A DNA stretch of 52,384 bases from a virus (Duplodnaviria; Caudoviricetes), in the IMG/VR virus record IMGVR_UViG_3300043410_000251, positions 1 through 52,384 of that record; one strand, written 5' to 3'. Both the position numbers and the translations under genes were made by a program. Positions 46,200 to 52,384 of the stretch are shown piece after piece; within the stretch, counting starts at the first letter, position 1, and each line of letters starts with the position of its first letter. The notes beneath the pieces were generated by a model, which was not told the DNA's origin, did not search any database, and saw nothing but the letters and a program-made list of their open reading frames with translations.

Positions 46200-46228
46200 A
46201 ATATACAACAAAAGAAAAGGGGGCACAA
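46200..46228 (-). promoter_or_regulatory. putative promoter TTGTGC-17nt-TATATT overlapping the capsid terminator
   Basis: Seen on the minus strand; spacer counted as 17 nt. Confidence 0.4.
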
Positions 46229-46240
46229 GCCCCCTTCTCT
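46210..46240 (-). terminator. intrinsic terminator after the major capsid gene
   Basis: AAGGGGGC-TTGT-GCCCCCTT followed by TTCTTTT on the minus strand. Confidence 0.8.
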
Positions 46241-46259
46241 ACATATTTCCTAAGAAATA

Positions 46260-47168
46260 TTAAGCGCCTTGTGAGCCGTACATGCCGAGTGGATCGCTCC
46301 AACCGAATGAATAACGCTCGCGAGACTTGTAACGAACGTTACCTGTATCGAAGTCGCCGTCCATAGACTGCTGCAAAGGTGTACGCACGAAGTGCTTCAT
46401 GCCGTTAGGAACGTCTGTGGTCAGGAACCAAGCGTTAGTATCGGTCAAGAAGTGGTTAACGGTATAGCCTTCAGAGACTGAACCGTTGTTCTTCAATGCG
46501 TTGATATCGTTGTCGTTTGTGCCAACGCGCAATTCTGTTTCCAGCAAGCGTGTAGCAACGAACTGCAATGATGGGGGAACAACCAATTTCTTGGGTTTAG
46601 AAGCGATCAGCAAGCCACGCTCATCTGTCCACAAGCTAATCTGAATAACGGCGGCTTCCAAAGAAGTCTCGTTCAAGTCAGCAGGGGTAGAAGGAATGTT
46701 GCTGTTAGTACCGCCAGAAACCAAAGGATGGCTAGCTGAGAACAAAGCGACACCGTCACCACCAACGTAGTTAGAGCTGAAGCCGTTGTTCAACACAGCG
46801 GCGGCTTTAACTTGCTTGGTGTAAGCCATAGCGCGGGCCAAAGCTTTTGTGTAACGTGCAGACAAAGAGTCATACAAGTTATCTTCAATAGCTTCTTCAG
46901 TCAAGCTGAAGCCCAAAGCAATGGTTTCGTGGTTGTATCGAGCAGTCCATGCTTCCTGTGCATTGTCATAAGCGATGGCAGAGCCCTCGTTCTTAACAGG
47001 TGCAGCAGAAAAACCAGACAGTTTTGTCTCTTCTTCGAAGCTACGCTCAGATGTCTCTGTTTCGTAGATCTCTTTGTGCTCTTCGCCGTATTTAGCATAT
47101 TCCAAACCGAACAAAGCGTTCAGGCCTGGGAGCAACTCTTTAAGTAGTTGTGCGCGTGAAATAGCCAT
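46260..47168 (-). CDS. major capsid protein (Mu gpT-like family)
   Basis: MAISRAQLLKELLPGLNALFGLEY; GDGVALFSASHP; LVVPP.L; RYK.RERYSFGWSD. Confidence 0.92.
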   Translation of the reverse strand: MAISRAQLLKELLPGLNALFGLEYAKYGEEHKEIYETETSERSFEEETKLSGFSAAPVKNEGSAIAYDNAQEAWTARYNHETIALGFSLTEEAIEDNLYDSLSARYTKALARAMAYTKQVKAAAVLNNGFSSNYVGGDGVALFSASHPLVSGGTNSNIPSTPADLNETSLEAAVIQISLWTDERGLLIASKPKKLVVPPSLQFVATRLLETELRVGTNDNDINALKNNGSVSEGYTVNHFLTDTNAWFLTTDVPNGMKHFVRTPLQQSMDGDFDTGNVRYKSRERYSFGWSDPLGMYGSQGA

Positions 47169-47181
47169 GGTAAGTTACTCC

Positions 47182-47799
47182 TTAGATACCAGTAGTATCA
47201 GTGTACTGGTGCAAGTTAAACTTGACCAAGAACTCATAATAAGTTGTGCTGGAGTTGCCACGGACACCAGTAGCGGTATCAGGAACAACATCAATCACAC
47301 GAATAGGCAATGTAGCTGTAGTACCAGCAGAAGCACCGTCAATACCGTAGTAGGAATCGCCAGTGTTTGTAGAGCCAGTATTAATAGACAAAGCTACGTT
47401 AGAACCAACCAACGCACGTGAGAACGCTGTAGGTGTAGTAGTTTGACCGCTAGTTGCCACAACTTTAAAGAGGGCGTTAGGATCATCCACAACATAGCCA
47501 AAAGCCAAAGCTGTAGATGTAGAAGTAGCTGCTGGGTAGTACTGACCCTGAACGGTTTGACCGCTAGAGTTCACGTACTGGCAACCAACCAACACACCAA
47601 CGCTGTCGCCAGAGTTAGATGTGGTGTTTGCTACCAAGTAGCCATTGGTGTCAACCTTAACGGTGTCACCATTCAGAATAGCAGTAGCGTAAGCCGCTGC
47701 AATGGGGATTTGACGGATCGCTCCGGCGTAAGGCAAACCATCAAGACGATTGATTGGTTTTAGGCCGTACGTCTGGGTAACGCTTGGATAAGCAGCCAT
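47182..47799 (-). CDS. capsid decoration / minor head protein
   Basis: YGLKP, I..GD.V, GVLVGCQY, VVDDPNALF; immediately upstream of the capsid gene. Confidence 0.65.
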   Translation of the reverse strand: MAAYPSVTQTYGLKPINRLDGLPYAGAIRQIPIAAAYATAILNGDTVKVDTNGYLVANTTSNSGDSVGVLVGCQYVNSSGQTVQGQYYPAATSTSTALAFGYVVDDPNALFKVVATSGQTTTPTAFSRALVGSNVALSINTGSTNTGDSYYGIDGASAGTTATLPIRVIDVVPDTATGVRGNSSTTYYEFLVKFNLHQYTDTTGI

Positions 47800-47818
47800 T
47801 TTTTAAGCTCCAAAAGAT

Positions 47819-48268
47819 TTAAGTACCTTTACCAAAGCTGCTCGAAGATTTACGCTCTTGGAAGAGCGGCATCCGCGCATCGCTTTGACGCATGAAACTA
47901 TTGTCTACAGCATCCGTCTGAGATTGTGTTTGAGCTGCGAAGTGTTTGTTTCGCTGGTCAACAAACTCTGATGGAGTTTTGCAAAGCAATAATCCGCCAA
48001 TCTCAATGTTGTCTTTAAAACGACTATGAGGATCAGCTAACAGTTGGAATTTGGGTTGCTCCTCTAGTGCAACGGGTTCCCAACCTTCACGGAGTTTGGC
48101 CGAAAGGTTGCGGGGATCTGCCGCATTCAATGTCGAGACGCGAATCCAACGGTAGTTGTAACCTGGCTGTTTGTCTGGCTCAGGCAACATTTCAGGAAGC
48201 GCCCACTGCTTAGGACGCTCTTGTACCGCACGTGTTTGTAATTCTCTTGTCAATTTACTTTCAGCCAT
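47819..48268 (-). CDS. conserved head-module protein
   Basis: PGYNYRWIR, NLSAKLREGWEPV, IGGLLLCK. Confidence 0.7.
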   Translation of the reverse strand: MAESKLTRELQTRAVQERPKQWALPEMLPEPDKQPGYNYRWIRVSTLNAADPRNLSAKLREGWEPVALEEQPKFQLLADPHSRFKDNIEIGGLLLCKTPSEFVDQRNKHFAAQTQSQTDAVDNSFMRQSDARMPLFQERKSSSSFGKGT

Positions 48269-49223
48269 TTTGGGCCTCCACTTTTAGGAACTCACGAACA
48301 TATTGTTCAGGTGTAATTCCTAGTTTTTTAATTGTATTCAACTGGCTCTGCTTTAGTTTCACCTTGTTTGGAGAGGTGCTACGAGCTACCGGGGCTACGA
48401 CTGTGCTAGGTTTTGGCTTAGCAGGCTCAGTTTTGGCCGTTGATTCATTAGATGTCCTTTGGAAAACCTCAGGAAATCGTTGACGGATTGTTTTGTCCAA
48501 TTCCGCATAGTATTCATCCGAGCCAACTGGAACGCCAGAATCCTTCAGGTCTTCGTGAACACCTAAAGCATAAGCCGTCATCCCCTTGTTTTGGCCAAAC
48601 CAGCGATTGCGGTTCTGCCAATCTTCAGCCTTGTTGTCGGGCTTAGGAACACGTTGTTGCTGCTCTTGACGGGGTTGTACTTCAATTTCCTCCTCTTGTA
48701 AAGGGGGTAACTTAAAGTTTTTAATTTGCATTAATTTGTAATTGACATTCTGCAAGGCCTGTTGAGCCTCAATCATCTTGTCAGTATCACCAGAATCATA
48801 TGCCTCGCGGTATGCGCGCTTGGCCATTTCCAACTCCATGTTGGCGGCATTCTGGACTGTGGCAATGTACTCTTTCTCACCATTGGTAAGAATAGTCTTG
48901 ATGCGTTTGTTCTCTTGCAACAGGCGCTGAGCTACGCTTAAAGCCTCTTGTTGTTCACGTAATGCAGCTTCTTTTTCGCGGCGCTCATCGTGCCAAACCT
49001 TACGCATCTGTTTGAGCTTAGTCTTGACCTCATCGTCATACTTATCAAGCTCGTCTTTTTCCAGCTCTTCCACCAAAGGCTTTGGCATGGGTTCGCGACC
49101 ACGGTCTTGGGCGGGTGTATCGTCCTCTACCTCAATCTCAAACTCAGATTCTTTTGCCTCTGGCTTGTCTTTTTCTACAGACTCGTCTGGAAATTTAAAT
49201 TCGTCTTTTTCAAATTCAGGCAT
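48261..49223 (-). CDS. capsid scaffolding protein
   Basis: Acidic N-terminus, long coiled coil, W..RN.WFG, C-terminal KLGITPEQY; lies between portal and capsid genes. Confidence 0.75.
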   Translation of the reverse strand: MPEFEKDEFKFPDESVEKDKPEAKESEFEIEVEDDTPAQDRGREPMPKPLVEELEKDELDKYDDEVKTKLKQMRKVWHDERREKEAALREQQEALSVAQRLLQENKRIKTILTNGEKEYIATVQNAANMELEMAKRAYREAYDSGDTDKMIEAQQALQNVNYKLMQIKNFKLPPLQEEEIEVQPRQEQQQRVPKPDNKAEDWQNRNRWFGQNKGMTAYALGVHEDLKDSGVPVGSDEYYAELDKTIRQRFPEVFQRTSNESTAKTEPAKPKPSTVVAPVARSTSPNKVKLKQSQLNTIKKLGITPEQYVREFLKVEAQNG

Positions 49224-49234
49224 TTTGTACTCCT

Positions 49235-49657
49235 TTATTTGCGTTTAATACCACGAGGATCATCAACAGTACCCTCTACAGAGTCATCGTTGATGATGCG
49301 GAACTCACGGCCATGAATTACCAAACGGGTTCCGGCATGGGGGCGTACAAGGACAAAATCACCTTGCTTGCACCATGGACCTGTTGGAAACTTGTCCGGA
49401 TCTTTGTAGCAGTCTGGACCCATATCGACAACGAACAAAACGGTTGTGAGTGTCTCTTCATTGCGCATGGTTTCTGCTGGTTTAAGAAGGCTAGTGCCTT
49501 CAATCATTTCCTCCACCTCTGGAATAGCGCACAAAATGCGATAGCCAGATGGCTTTGGTAGTTGTTTGCCTTTTTCTTCATTTGTTGCGGTGAAGTTGTA
49601 GGCTCCGACAACTTGCGGGTTGTTGGCGTCTGTAGCCAACAGGATGGAACTAGTCAT
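49235..49657 (-). CDS. GroES/Cpn10-like co-chaperonin
   Basis: PSGYRIL, VVDMGPDCY, WCKQGDFVL, GTRL.I.G.EFRIINDDSV. Confidence 0.8.
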   Translation of the reverse strand: MTSSILLATDANNPQVVGAYNFTATNEEKGKQLPKPSGYRILCAIPEVEEMIEGTSLLKPAETMRNEETLTTVLFVVDMGPDCYKDPDKFPTGPWCKQGDFVLVRPHAGTRLVIHGREFRIINDDSVEGTVDDPRGIKRK

Positions 49658-49838
49658 CCATTTTCTCCATGGTTTGTTGCAGGTCTAGTGCATATCCTCG
49701 CACGGTGAGCAGACCCTTGATCTCACCGCAGAGTTTCTTGTACTCCTCAAAAGACTCGGCTCGGCCTTCGGCCAAGTAGTCTCTGAGTTGAGCAACCTTC
49801 TCGTCAGATTGCTTTACCAGTACATCAATTACGTCCAT
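49650..49838 (-). CDS. small conserved hypothetical protein
   Basis: LAEG...FEEYKKLCGEIKGL; coupled to the portal stop. Confidence 0.7.
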   Translation of the reverse strand: MDVIDVLVKQSDEKVAQLRDYLAEGRAESFEEYKKLCGEIKGLLTVRGYALDLQQTMEKMDD

Positions 49839-52273
49839 TATTCTTCCTTAGATTCTTGGTTTACTTTGCTGTGGTGTTTTTCTGATAAGTGACTCAGAAC
49901 TTCCACGCCTTTGTCAATCAAGTGCGCTTGCTTTGTATTGCGCATTTGTGCCACGGACTTCATAGCATCAATCTTCTGGCGTTGTGCCTCCAGACCCAAT
50001 TGCTCTTGTTTGAGCTGTGCATCTGTTGCATCTTTAGCCACCTTACGTTGCTGTTCGGCCATCTTAATTTGCAACTCTTGTTGTTGCAATTGAACCAATG
50101 GGTCTTGAGCTTGCTGCTGGGCTTGTTGCTGAGCTTGCTGTTGCTGATTACTTGCAAGCAGGCGCTGTGATGCCTGTGCCAACAACGGCGCCAAACGTGC
50201 TTCCACTTCTGGATCCATGTTGATTTCTTCGCCGGCCTCGTCCTTCTGAGGTGGCAAACTCATACCCAACTGCAACTCAATCTGCTTACGATACTCAAAG
50301 CCTAAGTGCTCATTAATGTGAGCCATCATTGCCTGCTGTAACTGCTGAGCCATTGGGTTGTTCTGCAACAAAGACATGATCTTAGGATCTTGCATGGCCG
50401 ACATATGGACCATGATGTGAGCCTGGTGATCCTGATACATGAACGCCTTGACCGGCTTCATCATCAACACGTTTTGATTTTCAGACACTGGGTCTGTAGG
50501 CTTGAGATCGTCATCCATAGGCACCAACTTAGCCGCATCTTTGATGCCCAACACATCCAGCATCTGACGGTGCAACAGTGGCATGTTGTAAAGCTGAGGT
50601 GACTGCTGAGCCAGCTGCATAACAGCCTGATACTGCACAATCTTTTGCGCCATAGTAGACGCATTAGGATCGCTAACGGGAATAACATCCACATCATCGT
50701 AGTCGCTACGCTTGGCTTTGCGTGAACCTTCAGTGGGCTCATAGCTATACTCTTCAGGTGTATACGCCGCAATAATTTCTTTCAAGAGTTTTAATTCTTG
50801 TTTCATTGCAAAGTGCACGCGCGCCTGAACAGCACTCATCACCTTCAACGTACGCTCAAGGATAGCCAGCGTAGTTCCCACTGGGGCGTTAGCAGACATA
50901 TCGCTAATCTGCAAATCAGCCGTATTAGCAAAACGGCGACCCTCGTCAACAATCTGACCCAGCAAAGCCATCAATGTTTGGCTAGGTTCCTTGTATGGCA
51001 AAGGCAATAAGTTATCGCGAATCGTGCCACTTGGTACGTCCACATCGCGCCATTCGCCTGGAGCAATAGGTGTATCGTCTCCCTTTACACGAAGACCGCG
51101 AGCTTTAAAACCGCCGGGTAAATTACTTAAAGTACCAGCATCGACAAGCTGACGAATAAGAGAAGTGCCTGACTTAGCAAAAGCCCCGATAAGGTGTATG
51201 AGGCCAAAACAGTAGAAACCAAATCCAGGAACGTATCCATAGTGGACGTAGTGCTGTCGTTTTTGATATGTCTCATCGCCTTCCTTCCAGTTACGGCGCA
51301 CAGCCAAAACTTTGCTAGAACCCTTCTCTACCGTAACAATATAAGGCAACTTAATACCGGTGGGCTCGCCATCTATCTTATGCTCATAGCCAGGCAGATC
51401 AAGATCCACGCTCATCTCAAGAAGCTTATAGCGGTTATCTGTCGTGGCTCTAAAGCCCATCTTCTCCGCAATTTTCTTCTCTACTTCATCCAACACATTC
51501 TCTGGGTCACCCAGATCAATGTCACGATAGAAGCCAGCCACTTGCAAACGGCGCAGCTCATTCTCTGTCTTACGCATTACATGGGTAACACGCTCAGAAG
51601 TCTCTAAGTCACTAGCGCCATAAGGAACAACCAAGTCCTCCGCCGGCACAAACAGCGACACCTGACGCTCCATGTGCGGATCGTAATAGACTTTCTTAAA
51701 AGCATTACCAGACAAACCCAAGCCCCACAGCATACGCTCATGCTCAGGACGGAACTCAGTCATCACATCGGTCAACTGATAGTTCATGTCATCGGCCACA
51801 CGAATGGCAGCCGCTTTCTTATCGGGCGTTTCTTTACCAATGATCTGAGTCTTCACCGGACCAGCCGCAGGGAACGTACTCATCATTGTTTCAGCTTGGA
51901 ACTTAACCAAAGCTTCCGACAACAGTGGGTGATAAACGCCACATGCACCTTCCCAAGGTTCAGTGCGCTCTTCAATCTTCATGCCTAGCAACTCAAGACC
52001 GTCTACATAGGTCTGCATCCAGTCTTTGCGGCTACCAATGTCATCATCAAAGTCGCCAGACAACTCGCTAGCTAATTCTTGTAGTACAGCTTCGTCCAGA
52101 TACTCAGCTAAGTTGGCATCAAACTCATCACCGCCCTCTACCTCTTCTGGGCCAATATTAATTTCCAACTCGGTGAGTTCAATCTCAGGCTCCATCTCGA
52201 TCTCAATCTCTGGGCCTTCTGTTAGGGCTTCTAATCCCAGTGGTGCCTGGTACAGTGCTTTATCAATAGCCAT
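49838..52273 (-). CDS. portal protein (P22-like)
   Basis: PWEGACGVYHPLL.EA..FQA, GNAFKKVYYD, GFYCFGLIH, LVDAGTLSNLPGGFK; Gln-rich barrel at the C-terminus. Confidence 0.9.
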   Translation of the reverse strand: MAIDKALYQAPLGLEALTEGPEIEIEMEPEIELTELEINIGPEEVEGGDEFDANLAEYLDEAVLQELASELSGDFDDDIGSRKDWMQTYVDGLELLGMKIEERTEPWEGACGVYHPLLSEALVKFQAETMMSTFPAAGPVKTQIIGKETPDKKAAAIRVADDMNYQLTDVMTEFRPEHERMLWGLGLSGNAFKKVYYDPHMERQVSLFVPAEDLVVPYGASDLETSERVTHVMRKTENELRRLQVAGFYRDIDLGDPENVLDEVEKKIAEKMGFRATTDNRYKLLEMSVDLDLPGYEHKIDGEPTGIKLPYIVTVEKGSSKVLAVRRNWKEGDETYQKRQHYVHYGYVPGFGFYCFGLIHLIGAFAKSGTSLIRQLVDAGTLSNLPGGFKARGLRVKGDDTPIAPGEWRDVDVPSGTIRDNLLPLPYKEPSQTLMALLGQIVDEGRRFANTADLQISDMSANAPVGTTLAILERTLKVMSAVQARVHFAMKQELKLLKEIIAAYTPEEYSYEPTEGSRKAKRSDYDDVDVIPVSDPNASTMAQKIVQYQAVMQLAQQSPQLYNMPLLHRQMLDVLGIKDAAKLVPMDDDLKPTDPVSENQNVLMMKPVKAFMYQDHQAHIMVHMSAMQDPKIMSLLQNNPMAQQLQQAMMAHINEHLGFEYRKQIELQLGMSLPPQKDEAGEEINMDPEVEARLAPLLAQASQRLLASNQQQQAQQQAQQQAQDPLVQLQQQELQIKMAEQQRKVAKDATDAQLKQEQLGLEAQRQKIDAMKSVAQMRNTKQAHLIDKGVEVLSHLSEKHHSKVNQESKEE

Positions 52274-52281
52274 ATGTGTCC

Positions 52282-52384
52282 TTAATAATATGCAACTTTA
52301 CGGCGGTAAACCTGGTCTTCTTCTTCATCAGTGTTTAACCTCAAAAAACCGCCCTGTCTAAAACGAATTAAAGCCTGCGTGCTT
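52282..52384 (-). CDS. terminase large subunit, C-terminal end (partial)
   Basis: Minus frame reads STQALIRFRQGGFLRLNTDEEEDQVYRRKVAYY-stop directly upstream of the portal. Confidence 0.7.
   Translation of the reverse strand, partial: STQALIRFRQGGFLRLNTDEEEDQVYRRKVAYY

Larger units (their letters stand above)
1..52384. mobile_element. Tailed dsDNA bacteriophage genome segment (podovirus-like); convergent replication (+) and virion (-) arms
   Basis: Portal, major capsid, scaffold, lysozyme/holin, PolA and primase-helicase are present; dense overlapping ORFs; no host housekeeping genes and no integrase seen. Confidence 0.97.

Noticed and set aside
1-52384. tRNA genes, integrase/att sites, terminal repeats, alternative genetic code
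   Set aside because: None recognised by eye; long genes read through intact in the standard code; genome ends appear to lie outside the window

Overview
The window is most of the genome of a tailed dsDNA bacteriophage with podovirus-like gene content. It has a P22-like portal, tubular/adaptor proteins, ejection proteins and a Mu gpT-like major capsid protein, and no tape measure or sheath is visible. It resembles uncultured freshwater phages; a proteobacterial host is an inference. There are two convergent arms. The + strand (1-15120) carries many small early ORFs, a VRR-NUC nuclease, a DUF3310 protein, a prolyl-4-hydroxylase-like oxygenase, a family A DNA polymerase, an HTH/sigma70-region-4 protein, a Cas4/RecB-like nuclease, an HNH-like protein, an SNF2-type helicase, a putative SSB, a Cro-like HTH and a primase-helicase. 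The - strand (52384-15188) carries the terminase C-terminus, portal, GroES-like protein, scaffold, capsid, a glycosyltransferase, a cluster of small basic motif-sharing proteins, adaptors, four glycine-rich fibre paralogues, a second 2OG-Fe(II) oxygenase, holin, lysozyme, tail tubular protein and internal/ejection proteins. The most unusual signals are: a Hint (intein-like) domain inside a DPYV/DPFV repeat tract; a candidate ~70-nt anti-Shine-Dalgarno sRNA complementary to several early-gene ribosome-binding sites; a hydrophobic-x-x-GG motif shared by many internal proteins; and three structured intergenic RNA candidates. All calls come from motif recognition by eye; no searches were run.
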